The notes under the pieces are model-generated. The model made no database searches, had not been told where the DNA came from, and saw only the letters and a program-made list of their open reading frames with translations. Positions 20,388 to 30,098 of a DNA stretch of 64,000 nt are shown in pieces. The DNA lies in the NCBI GenBank assembly GCA_048938105.1, contig JBHLMN010000003.1:288001-352000 (forward strand). The letters are read 5' to 3'. Source of the stretch: Promethearchaeota archaeon. Lineage in GTDB: Archaea > Asgardarchaeota > Heimdallarchaeia > Hodarchaeales > Hodarchaeaceae. Made by a program: the position numbers and the translations under genes. Every line of letters begins with the position of its first letter. Position 1 is the stretch's first letter.

Positions 20388-20691
20388 CTTTGTTCATTTT
20401 TATTAATATTTTAGTTTTAGTTATTATTACATTTGGACTGTATTTTATAAGATTTAGTAAATTTCTGTAGTTGTTTCACTGATGTTTCACTTTATGTTAT
20501 TTTTAGAGCGTTAGACTTCTTTTATCAGGAGAATATGATGTATCCAAAAAATTCTTCATTTAGATCTAAAAATACAATTCATTCTGCATTTTCTATTGAT
20601 TTGATAAGTAAGATTCCTTTTTTAAGGTGCGAGAAATTTTAAATCAATGTACTTATAACAATTAAATCAAAGTTTAAAGGGTCGTTATCAA

Positions 20692-22938
20692 ATGAAAAAA
20701 AGAGTATTTTTGTTAATAGTTGTATTCCTATTTCTAAGTGTTCAAATTATAACTTCTAGTAAAGCACCACAGATAAATACATATCAAGATATACTAAAAT
20801 CACAAAGTACAGAAACTAATGCAGTAGAAATAATGGTAATGGTTAACTTGACGTGTATTGCACCTAGTGGTCATGATCTGCCAGGAAACACCCCTATAGT
20901 TGTTAATCTATCTACTATTGCAAAAGTAATTCCTGAAACAGTTGATGCTTTCGGAATGAAAACAACTGATAAGGCTGATGATATAAAATGGGATTCAGCT
21001 TATGTTACTTATAATAACGACCTGATACCAGCTCAAGTTGATGATATAGATATCTATAAAGGCTACTCCGATGGAGATGAGTTGGTTTTCGAACTACCAG
21101 AAGATATTGCACTCACTAACGAAAATAATATTACTTTTTCAATATTTTTTGGCACAAAAGGATTAGATCTACCACCTCCCTATTTTCCTGAGACTTGTGA
21201 TGTCTATATTTACCCAAAAATAGATGAAATTAACGAAAGATACCCTGATATGTTAGGTCCCAAAGATGGTGCCTATTATATGGAAAATGGAATCATTCAA
21301 GCATGCGCATTAGTGGAGGCTGCTTGGAGTAGTGGTGGATTATACGAATTATCAGTTCTAGATGACCAAGGTGAATCCCAATGGGATGCAATAAAACAAA
21401 GATATAAAGTATCATTTGATATGTGGAAATGGTCACGTTTCGCATTAATTGAGCAATTTATTTCAAAAAATCAATTTGCCACAACTTTTCCCTTTAAATT
21501 AGAACATTTTATCTCTGGACCCGTTCGTGCACAATTCCAAATGCAGTCTAAATCTGATTACGGGAAAAGTGGCACTCCATGGGGTAATATTCCAAACGTA
21601 TATGGTCTTGTAACGTATGACCTTTATGCGAACCAACCTTATCTTGATTATACACTTGAAATCGTCGGACCTGATGCAAACAAGCATCCCTCACTAGTTA
21701 TTCAGTATCAAAATCGTGAGTGGGGTGGAAAACCAGGAAGCCCATATAAATCCATTTACGTACCAGGCCAAGGCTGGCTGGAGCGTAATCCAAATGACAT
21801 ACTAACTCATAAAGTTTTAGAAGCAGGTTTCAATCAATCATGGTATCTTGAAGGATTATATGGAAACCAGAAAATACTTCCCTCATCATTTGCTGGGCCT
21901 GATGATGACCAACTTGGATATGGATTTATCTTTGATGATACAGGTTTTGCCAATATCACCTGGGATGCGGGTTCAGAAGCTGTTCTTAGCTGGTATGACG
22001 CCTGTGAATTCCCCTTTCGTACGCGATACTGTCCTTATGATGTTAGCATCTTAGCGGGACAAGATAGAATAAGCTATGTGAAAGATCAATATCAAGCATG
22101 GCTGCGACCTGATCCTGAATTTTCACTTACTGCTTCTCTTGTTACCCCAGCTGAGATCCCCTTTGATTATATTTTCATTACAAAACCTGATATTATATTT
22201 GATAATGTCACAGATCTTCTACAAATAGTAAATATTAGTGCTTATTCAACGGTACTAACAGATTTTCTCACTGGGACTACCCCAGACGTTAGTGCGACCT
22301 ACAAGGTGTTGACAGAAAGAAAACAGATAGAAACAGGTATAAGTGGGAGTTTAACTTGGAAAGATAGCAGTGAAACATGGGAAGCTTTAGATGTAGATGT
22401 GAGCTCGATCAATTTAAATGAATCACATGTTGTTGTTGCTTATTTTACGGTCAATGACATTTCCGGTCGAAGTGCTATTTCGGAACACTTCATTGAGGGC
22501 ATACTGCCGGATCTCACAGGACCAATCATCTCTGATGTAACTAGAAGCCCAGCTGATGTTGTACGATTTACTGATTCTGTGAATGTTACTGCTTCTGTGG
22601 AGGATGAGGAAGGAGAGGTAACTTTAGTTTACCTTTTTTATTCAAACGGAAGTACGTGGTATAATCTTACAATGAATCAAAGTTTTGGGTTCTATAGAGG
22701 CACGATTCCACCTCAGAAATCTGCCACAACGGTTAAATTCAAAATAGGGGCATATGATGATGCCCCTCTCGCAAATTATAATGAATCCGAAATATTCGAG
22801 TATTTTGTTTCAATAGAATATATACAAGGACAAGGATTACTCCCACTTATAGGAATTTCTGGAATAATAGTTGTAGCAATCGTCATTGCGTTAAAAAGTG
22901 GAGCCTTACATCGAGAGAAGTATGACCAAGTTGAATGA
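20692..22938 (+). CDS. Secreted, C-terminally anchored protein with DUF4861-like motifs and an Ig-like stalk
   Basis: Signal peptide MKKRVFLLIVV. Motifs PAQVDD...DELVFE and GPVRA. Stalk segment D.TGPII...V.VTASV.D, then a C-terminal TM helix. Confidence 0.7.
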   Translation: MKKRVFLLIVVFLFLSVQIITSSKAPQINTYQDILKSQSTETNAVEIMVMVNLTCIAPSGHDLPGNTPIVVNLSTIAKVIPETVDAFGMKTTDKADDIKWDSAYVTYNNDLIPAQVDDIDIYKGYSDGDELVFELPEDIALTNENNITFSIFFGTKGLDLPPPYFPETCDVYIYPKIDEINERYPDMLGPKDGAYYMENGIIQACALVEAAWSSGGLYELSVLDDQGESQWDAIKQRYKVSFDMWKWSRFALIEQFISKNQFATTFPFKLEHFISGPVRAQFQMQSKSDYGKSGTPWGNIPNVYGLVTYDLYANQPYLDYTLEIVGPDANKHPSLVIQYQNREWGGKPGSPYKSIYVPGQGWLERNPNDILTHKVLEAGFNQSWYLEGLYGNQKILPSSFAGPDDDQLGYGFIFDDTGFANITWDAGSEAVLSWYDACEFPFRTRYCPYDVSILAGQDRISYVKDQYQAWLRPDPEFSLTASLVTPAEIPFDYIFITKPDIIFDNVTDLLQIVNISAYSTVLTDFLTGTTPDVSATYKVLTERKQIETGISGSLTWKDSSETWEALDVDVSSINLNESHVVVAYFTVNDISGRSAISEHFIEGILPDLTGPIISDVTRSPADVVRFTDSVNVTASVEDEEGEVTLVYLFYSNGSTWYNLTMNQSFGFYRGTIPPQKSATTVKFKIGAYDDAPLANYNESEIFEYFVSIEYIQGQGLLPLIGISGIIVVAIVIALKSGALHREKYDQVE

Positions 22939-23225
22939 AATTTCATCTTAAATTATTCCATTTTATCCTATTAATCATATAAGTGAAGTAAGAATAGAGT
23001 ACTCCATTCATCACCGGTTTTTTCGAATAATAGAAGAATTATTTCAGTTTTCATGATAAACACTTTTTCATATCACCCCATGTTTGGATCGAAGTACGTT
23101 ATCTTTAAAAGGACAATTTCTGACTTCGAATAAAATGTTAGAAAAATACTTCTGAAGTATATATTCTGACCCAGAAAGAGAAAACGCTAAAATATAGCTC
23201 TATATATATATATTGAGGTATCAAT

Positions 23226-24791
23226 ATGATAAAGAAAAGAACATTGTTTTTGACTCTAAGTTTGTTTGTTCTATTATTCCTAATGAATTCGATGACATCA
23301 CTTAAAGCGACACCTCCACAATTACGAATATCTGCAGCCACAAAAGTAGCAACGATTACTGTAACTGGTGGATCTGGAGGTCTAGTGGCAAAGACCCCAA
23401 TTATTATTGATGAATCAGAGTTTGATGCCTATTCAATAGCTCTAGCAACAGCTATTGTTAAAGATGGAACTACAGAGTTGAAGACTCAATATGATTCAGA
23501 ACTCGGAGAACTCGTATTTCAAATACCAAGTGCAATTGCAGCAGATGGAACCAAGACATTTGATTTATATGGAGAAGCAACAGGTACAACTAATGGTCAA
23601 ACAACGACAATTAAAGCAGCTGAAGGGAATTATAGTGAAACATATAGTGATTGGTTACCATCCTCACTCACAGACAATGGATGGATGATTAACGCCACTC
23701 ATATGTCCCCAAACGTTGTTAATGTTGGTAATGTTGTCTGGGTAGAAACAGATTGGGTAATTTTATGCTTCCAACTACAAGCACAATGGAGACAGGGTTC
23801 TCTTAAACATATATACCTAAAAGATGAAGGCTGGGATCTCCAAATGGCTAAATTCAATGCCTCTCAACATTGGCAATTTACTTGGAGTGGTTGGCCCAGT
23901 GACCATAATTATGGCTGGGAAAAAGAGTACGATAACGGATATGGTCTGGATGATGCCACAATTGTTAAAGCTGGACCAGTACGAGCTGTAGTACAAACAG
24001 TCAGCTCAACTGGATGGCGTAGTCCTTGGGGCGCCCCCTACTACAATCTTAATCAAAGCTTAACATGGTGTATCTATAACGACTTCACTGGTTGGTCTCA
24101 GCACTTTGAGTTGACAAGCGACAATACTACTCTTCTAAATCAGGCGTTTACAAACTTCACAAAGATCAATTATGGAGAACCAATGCAATGGCAACATAAA
24201 CTACGCGATCAGGGTTTCCAGGGTGGTGGTTATAACTTATCCGCAGGATGGCCCCACAACTTCACCAATATTTATACTCCTGGACAACCCATTGGCTATA
24301 GAGGAGCTGGTATGACGCTCTCTAGCTTAAATGTCTCCTTATTAACCGAACCTTACCTGGGCATGTACAATTCGTCTGGATATGGATATATGTACCACTG
24401 GGGAACTCCTGTCGAAAATGTTACACAAATAAACTGGTCTGGTGAAGAAGTCGCCATTCATAGCTCACTCAATGCTTTCCCCGAAGAAGGACTTATGCGC
24501 TATTGTGCGCCTTTCAGTAATTATGCAGGAAACATCACGGAACACATAGATGCAGAAAATGATCGCTGGACAGCAACCTATACGATATCAACTGCTGCTC
24601 ATGTCCCTGAAACTACTCCTACTGCAACTAAAACCGCAACTAAAACCGCAACTGCAACTAAAACCGCAACTAAGACAAAAACCAAAACTAAAACCACAAC
24701 CACAACTGGCGGTGCGCCTGGATTTGGCCTCCTCACCTCAATCATAGTTGTTGCTGCTGCAGCAGCAATAGTCCATCGAAGAAGGAAATAA
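23226..24791 (+). CDS. Cell-surface protein with Thr/Lys linker and PGF-type sorting tail; paralogue of 20692..22938
   Basis: Signal peptide. Motifs TQYD..GELVFQ and GPVRA. Many NxS/T sequons. Ends with TATK repeats, PGF, a TM helix and HRRRK. TATA run and GAGG SD lie upstream. Confidence 0.8.
   Translation: MIKKRTLFLTLSLFVLLFLMNSMTSLKATPPQLRISAATKVATITVTGGSGGLVAKTPIIIDESEFDAYSIALATAIVKDGTTELKTQYDSELGELVFQIPSAIAADGTKTFDLYGEATGTTNGQTTTIKAAEGNYSETYSDWLPSSLTDNGWMINATHMSPNVVNVGNVVWVETDWVILCFQLQAQWRQGSLKHIYLKDEGWDLQMAKFNASQHWQFTWSGWPSDHNYGWEKEYDNGYGLDDATIVKAGPVRAVVQTVSSTGWRSPWGAPYYNLNQSLTWCIYNDFTGWSQHFELTSDNTTLLNQAFTNFTKINYGEPMQWQHKLRDQGFQGGGYNLSAGWPHNFTNIYTPGQPIGYRGAGMTLSSLNVSLLTEPYLGMYNSSGYGYMYHWGTPVENVTQINWSGEEVAIHSSLNAFPEEGLMRYCAPFSNYAGNITEHIDAENDRWTATYTISTAAHVPETTPTATKTATKTATATKTATKTKTKTKTTTTTGGAPGFGLLTSIIVVAAAAAIVHRRRK
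24621..24707 (+). repeat. Coding tandem repeat (GCAACTAAAACC-type units; TATK/TK linker)
   Basis: Visible 12- and 6-bp periodic repeats encoding TATKTATKTATATKTATKTKTKTKTTTTT. Confidence 0.9.
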
Positions 24792-24796
24792 TAAAA

Positions 24797-24825
24797 CCCT
24801 TCCATTTTTTTCCCCTTTTTTTTTC
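24797..24825 (+). terminator. Archaeal-type pyrimidine/oligo-T terminator
   Basis: CCCTTCCATTTTTTTCCCCTTTTTTTTTC immediately after the stop at 24791. Confidence 0.65.
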
Positions 24826-24906
24826 TAACAAGATTTGAAGAAACTATTTAGATTGAAAATAGGTCTTTAATCCATACAAGATAAATGATATGATAACTGA
24901 TGATAA

Positions 24907-26877
24907 CTACAATAGCTTCAACATTTCTTTACGTGAATATATAATTAGACTAAAAAAAACTAGAATCAGGAAAATACTAGGAAACGAGCTAGTTTTTGTT
25001 TGTATTGTGGTTTTGGTTATTGAACTTTGTTTCGTTTCAGTAAGAGTCGTTGATGTATCAGTTGTTGAAGACGAGGTATTGGTTGTTGTAGAAGCTGCTG
25101 AAGACGTTGTTAATGAACTAGTTTCTATTATTATTGGTTTATAATCGACCGTTACATTATTAATGAGTGTTCTAGTTCCATTGTAGCTCAATATACCGTC
25201 AGTAGGGGCTACAACCACCACGGCGGCTGAATCTGCAGGAAGGTGAAAAGAAGCCAGATTTGAGACGTTTGTTACTAAGAAACTCTCGGTAACTGTATCA
25301 TATAGATTCATCGCTTCTGAGCCAACGTTGATTTCTACCGTTTTATAAACATCATAAGGATTGTAGTAAAGATATGTAGGATAAGCCTCATTATGGTAAT
25401 AATCAGTTACTAGACAATCTAATTGTAAGATTTTCTCATCATTTGTAGGAGTAATAATTCCACCGAAAATACCCACATGAGAACTTCCATAAAGACCTAG
25501 ATTCGTTGGGCCCCACCCAAGCCTGATAGCATCACCTGTAGCGAAGGGGCTTTTATCATCCCATGTTCTACGGAGCCCCTCATAAGCAATACAATAATTC
25601 GTATCATACGCTTCTATCCAGTCCTCACAGTCTTGGTGATCCGCATCTAGACCATTTCCATAAAATAATCTAGCAGCATTTGCAGCATTTAACACATATT
25701 TTCCTATAGCTCGTGCATAACGATCATCATATCTTACTACAGGTACCAAAGCACCTACATTTTCGAAGGTTCCCATTGCAAAAGCATATCCGTAATTGTC
25801 TGTTATACTACCGTGCAAACCATGAACATCGTAACCACCCCAATTCTGAGCAATAACACCCCAACCAGGTCTACTATCAGCAGGTCCAAAGCACCAATTG
25901 ATGATCTTACTAATATCGTAAGCTCTCCCAAGTTCTGCATTCATTCGTGCTATGATATGGGCGCCGTATGGAAGTAGAATCTCATAGAGGGGATTAAAAG
26001 AAATTCCATCTAAGAAATGGACACACCACTCGGCAGCAACTAAATATTTAGGATCTCCATACTTCAAATAGGCAATATATTCTAACCAAGCAATAGCTGC
26101 TGCTGCATCAGGTTCTCTATGTTCTCCATTGTATACAGGTTCCATTGTATCGAAGTCAAAAGCAGTGTACCGGAAATTAGGAACTTTCCAAGGATCAACA
26201 CTACCACCCATGCCAACACATGCATCATACCATCTATCGGCAACTGTGCGAACTTCGTTATGAAAATCGCCTGTTTCTGGATAGAAGTATGCTAATTGAT
26301 AGAATAACAAATTAGGGAAGAGTTCATACCAAAAGGTTTTACCTGCCCAATCATATCTTCTATTTAAATAGATATATTGTTCAGTATCGAGATTGTACCA
26401 GTTCTCACACATTTCAACCCAATTATACCCACTTTGGTTACTCTTGTCAATTCCAACGAGGGTAGCGCTCAGTACCGCAGCCATACAGTTAATTGCCTCG
26501 TCAGCCATTGATCTACCAACGTGAGAAGGCATACTGAATGTATCACGATCAAAGTTTGTGTGACTAGTATCCCAGCTGATTAGTGGTAGATATTCACCTG
26601 TTTTACTGAAGTTGAAGACAAGTGCGTCATAATCTCGAGCTACTTGATTCCAGTCTCTCATGTGAAACGGTTCGGGGAGATTTGGCATCAAGTTAACCCT
26701 TTTAATTTGACCTGGTATCGTTAATGCACCAGAAATTTTATTGTTAGTAATTAATACTGACGGAATTATGATTCCTGAACCTAGAATAATCAATAAAACT
26801 AATAATATCGATGTAACACCCACCACTTTACTATATGTTCTGTTCTGTCTTTTAAATACTCGCATTATCATCCACAT
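24907..26877 (-). CDS. Secreted, membrane-anchored uncharacterised protein, putative glycan-active enzyme
   Basis: N-terminal hydrophobic helix. The Trp/Tyr/Asp-rich core contains MPNLPEP..MRDW, FWYE, EPDAAA, YEILLPY, R.GWG and AYEG. Ser/Thr linker, C-terminal TM and basic tail. The start is probably a few codons downstream. Confidence 0.7.
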   Translation of the reverse strand: MWMIMRVFKRQNRTYSKVVGVTSILLVLLIILGSGIIIPSVLITNNKISGALTIPGQIKRVNLMPNLPEPFHMRDWNQVARDYDALVFNFSKTGEYLPLISWDTSHTNFDRDTFSMPSHVGRSMADEAINCMAAVLSATLVGIDKSNQSGYNWVEMCENWYNLDTEQYIYLNRRYDWAGKTFWYELFPNLLFYQLAYFYPETGDFHNEVRTVADRWYDACVGMGGSVDPWKVPNFRYTAFDFDTMEPVYNGEHREPDAAAAIAWLEYIAYLKYGDPKYLVAAEWCVHFLDGISFNPLYEILLPYGAHIIARMNAELGRAYDISKIINWCFGPADSRPGWGVIAQNWGGYDVHGLHGSITDNYGYAFAMGTFENVGALVPVVRYDDRYARAIGKYVLNAANAARLFYGNGLDADHQDCEDWIEAYDTNYCIAYEGLRRTWDDKSPFATGDAIRLGWGPTNLGLYGSSHVGIFGGIITPTNDEKILQLDCLVTDYYHNEAYPTYLYYNPYDVYKTVEINVGSEAMNLYDTVTESFLVTNVSNLASFHLPADSAAVVVVAPTDGILSYNGTRTLINNVTVDYKPIIIETSSLTTSSAASTTTNTSSSTTDTSTTLTETKQSSITKTTIQTKTSSFPSIFLILVFFSLIIYSRKEMLKLL

Positions 26878-27085
26878 CTTTTAACGAAATCCAAATATTA
26901 TTGTACTTTCTTTTTCTTTCAAGGACATCTTTCTGTTCAAGTTGGTCAAGAGCTTTAAAAAAATAGAGATTAGCTAGTTGAGATTTTTTTTTTAACTCGA
27001 ACAACGATAAGGACTTATTTTCCTTAACAAGAATTTCATGTATAATTCTTTGATTTCTTTGTTGAAACTCTTCAAAAACGGACAT
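26852..27085 (-). CDS. Small winged-helix-like protein
   Basis: 77 aa with an AGAGGAG SD. The pattern I..IL...LSL.EL....L....F.KAL..LE...VL.R fits a wHTH. Confidence 0.6.
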   Translation of the reverse strand: MSVFEEFQQRNQRIIHEILVKENKSLSLFELKKKSQLANLYFFKALDQLEQKDVLERKRKYNNIWISLKDVDDNASI

Positions 27086-27125
27086 AGTGCTCCTCTTAAA
27101 ACAACTATCATTTTAGGTTGTTATT

Positions 27126-28031
27126 TTATAAAGAATTAAGGAGTTTTACTTTGTCTATAGTAGCAACACCAATGCATTTGTCAGCAGCACCATAATACAC
27201 AAAATACTGCTTATTTTTTTCAACAACACCACAAGTAAAAGTGACGTTTGGAACATCGCCTACTCTTTCGTATTCTTCTTCTGGAGTAAGGATTGGATCA
27301 TCAAGGATACCAACAATTTTGCTTGGATTTTCTAGATCTAATATCATCACACCAAGGTTGTAATGAAGATCTTTGTCTACTCCATGATAAAACTCTACCC
27401 ATCCCTGATCTGTCTTTATAGGCGGTGCACCAGCTCCCACTTTGAAGTCTTGCCACGTATTGTCTATTGGACTGAATAACTTTTCATGGTCAGTCCACTT
27501 TTTCATATCTTCTGAATAAGCGATCCACATATGCGGTTCAGGAGCTCTGTGGATCAGAACATATCTATTGTTGATTTTTTCTGGAAATAGAACCCCATCT
27601 TTATCACGATATTCATTAATAATTGTTCCATGCCGTATAAAAGTCTTAAAATCAGAGGTGGACGCAATGCCTATATGAAAATCCACGTCTCCTTTAGGGA
27701 CAGGAGTTCTGACCGCTGTATAAGCAATATAGTATTTTCCTTCCAGAAAGGTGATTCGAGGATCTTCCACTCCATATCTTTCAAAATCTTCTTCAGGTAT
27801 CATTACTGGTTCATCGTAAGTTTCAAAGTTGAAGCCATCCTTACTTCGTGCTAAACCCAGAGTAGAAATATATGTGTCATAGTCTCCAATCGCACGATAT
27901 AGTAAGAGTATCTCATCTCCAAAGGTTGTTGCAGCACAATTGAATACTCCTCCTTTCTCCCAATTATGATTCGGATTAGGTTTGATAATAGGATTTTTCT
28001 CAAAACGTTTTAACTGAATCATGAAAAACAC
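27126..28031 (-). CDS. GH130 beta-mannoside phosphorylase-like protein
   Basis: Motifs NPII.P...WE..GVFN, LLYRA, EDPR, KDGVLFPEKIN, HR, KVGAGAPP, YHGV, GDVPNV.F.CG and YYGAAD. Confidence 0.9.
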   Translation of the reverse strand: MFFMIQLKRFEKNPIIKPNPNHNWEKGGVFNCAATTFGDEILLLYRAIGDYDTYISTLGLARSKDGFNFETYDEPVMIPEEDFERYGVEDPRITFLEGKYYIAYTAVRTPVPKGDVDFHIGIASTSDFKTFIRHGTIINEYRDKDGVLFPEKINNRYVLIHRAPEPHMWIAYSEDMKKWTDHEKLFSPIDNTWQDFKVGAGAPPIKTDQGWVEFYHGVDKDLHYNLGVMILDLENPSKIVGILDDPILTPEEEYERVGDVPNVTFTCGVVEKNKQYFVYYGAADKCIGVATIDKVKLLNSL

Positions 28032-28122
28032 TTCTTTTAGTGAAAAATGGATCTATTTTCTTCTTTGCTTATTGAGTTCTTATATTTTTAGTGGAATATA
28101 ATTATTATAATATTCCAGATTT

Positions 28123-29994
28123 TTATTTCCTTTTAGAAGTAATTGCATACACTATAACTAGTGCTAATACGAGCGTTGAAATCCCGATGTAACCCAAAAT
28201 TAACATATTTTCTTCAAAAAAGCTAAGATCGGTGCTTTCCGATGTAGCAATTTCGATTGTTGGTAATGTCCAAGTAGCAGGGATATCAACTAAAGATAAA
28301 TACGCTGATCCTTGTGCAGGTAAGTCTATACTAAAAGTTTCTTCAGGATTATACCTACCAATTAGAGTTCCATTTGAATACAGATCAAATTGTTCTGGAA
28401 GATGTTTTAAGGCGAAAGACAAGGATCTTTGTTCATTATATGGATTAAAAATTATAAAAACCCGCTCCTCGGGAGGAGGAGGGTAATTTTGATCAAAAAT
28501 GTTTAAATTGATTATCAAGGAATTAGCATCTTCTGCTTCTGCTAGGGCTTCAAACATTAAATAATTCCAAAGCGTCTCACCTGCTCCATAGATTTCCTTA
28601 CCATTATAACCTGCTTTCATTGGATCAGGGTCGTACGATCCTCTGGAAGCGTGATAATCTATATCTTCATATGGGATATATTGGAGAGTTACGGGTCCAT
28701 AATCACGTTCGTAGGCATCAGGGATATTTGGACTGAAGAAATAAAAATTCTTTATTCGATTAAGATTAAGAATTTTAAGTGGCTCTATAACCTTAAACTT
28801 GGGTTTAAAATAAAGGTTCCTTAGGAAATCCATCCAGAACATAATTGCTTCAATATTTTCTTTATATGCTGGAGCATTAATCCCTCCTTTACCTATTTCT
28901 TTTGGATTGGCATATGGTGAGTGCATTCCATCTCGCCAATCTTCTGGTAACCATAAACTGGGTTCAGGATTAAATCCAAATTGCCAATTGATAGTTCCGT
29001 TATTGTAGTAAAGGACTTGTTCTTCAGCATAAAACAGATCTATAGCAAGTTGAGGATAATCGATAGCTGGAGTAATTTCATCATAATATTGAGTCATTCT
29101 AGCTGCAGCTGCTACACCAGCAGCGACTTCTTGCGGTTCATACATTACATTATATGGAGGTTCAACTGCCCTCATTGCAATTAATGCCTTTTGAGCTTCT
29201 GAAAGATATGTCTTATTTCCTGTTAATTCAAAAGCATCTATTAAGCTATATGCCATTAATCCAGCTGTACAATAATTAATATTGAGATTTGTTGTTGTTT
29301 GTTCTTTTGTTTCAACATCTACAAATTGGGGAAAAAGATAATCGAAATTATCCGCCATTTCAAGAGCGCTTGAGAGGGAACCAAAATATGGCTCGTTAAG
29401 TTCTGTAGCATTACTGATAAGATATAAGTGACCCCATTTTAATACTGAATTCTCCATGAAATACCAAGAGTCGTGTTTTGTCTCATGTGGCCGATTGGTT
29501 GATTGTTTATAGGTTTCTGAATAATATTTTGGCAGATCAGTAATAAATTCGTCAAGTTCTGTCTGTCTAGTTGTGTTTGGATGCAATTGCAGGTATCTAT
29601 AAAGAGGCCAAATGACATCCATTGTCGACATTAACTCCACGGTCTCTCGTGTCCAATCTTCTCCCCCCCAACCGTCTGCTCCTTTCACATAAGGTCTAAA
29701 GCCTTTTATGCCTGTTGATGGCTCATAAAACCAACTTTGATCGAATGTTAAGAGATCTTTAACACATTTTTCCGCATAATCGGTCCAATTTGTCGCATCA
29801 ATGGGAAAGTTAGCATAAGTAGGTAAAGCTGCAATTGCAGCGGTACTCGTATCGATCATATCGTCCCAGTACAAATCCCCCTCTAAGCTTCTAGGCACCT
29901 GTTTCTGCTTAGTAATAGTAAGTGAATTTGGGAAAGAAAAGATGACTAATGATATTAATAACACTGTTATATTGTTATACCTTCGTTTTTGCAT
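28123..29994 (-). CDS. Secreted, C-terminally anchored paralogue of 8457..10853 (unassigned family)
   Basis: Signal peptide, C-terminal TM and KRK tail. Shares DSWYFME, KENIE, YIPYED and GKEIYGAGE with the 798-aa ORF. Confidence 0.75.
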   Translation of the reverse strand: MQKRRYNNITVLLISLVIFSFPNSLTITKQKQVPRSLEGDLYWDDMIDTSTAAIAALPTYANFPIDATNWTDYAEKCVKDLLTFDQSWFYEPSTGIKGFRPYVKGADGWGGEDWTRETVELMSTMDVIWPLYRYLQLHPNTTRQTELDEFITDLPKYYSETYKQSTNRPHETKHDSWYFMENSVLKWGHLYLISNATELNEPYFGSLSSALEMADNFDYLFPQFVDVETKEQTTTNLNINYCTAGLMAYSLIDAFELTGNKTYLSEAQKALIAMRAVEPPYNVMYEPQEVAAGVAAAARMTQYYDEITPAIDYPQLAIDLFYAEEQVLYYNNGTINWQFGFNPEPSLWLPEDWRDGMHSPYANPKEIGKGGINAPAYKENIEAIMFWMDFLRNLYFKPKFKVIEPLKILNLNRIKNFYFFSPNIPDAYERDYGPVTLQYIPYEDIDYHASRGSYDPDPMKAGYNGKEIYGAGETLWNYLMFEALAEAEDANSLIINLNIFDQNYPPPPEERVFIIFNPYNEQRSLSFALKHLPEQFDLYSNGTLIGRYNPEETFSIDLPAQGSAYLSLVDIPATWTLPTIEIATSESTDLSFFEENMLILGYIGISTLVLALVIVYAITSKRK

Positions 29995-30098
29995 TTATAA
30001 TGAATCTCCAAGCCAAAATCTAAATTAGAAAGAACTGATCTGACATTATCAATCTTCCTTTGAGATAATTAACAATAAAAAGAATTGTATTTGTTTTT

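Noticed and set aside
24621-24707. Short tandem repeats (also 55563..55646) as a CRISPR array or non-coding VNTR
   Set aside because: There are no spacers. The repeats are in frame, encode Thr/Lys linkers, and show synonymous variation.
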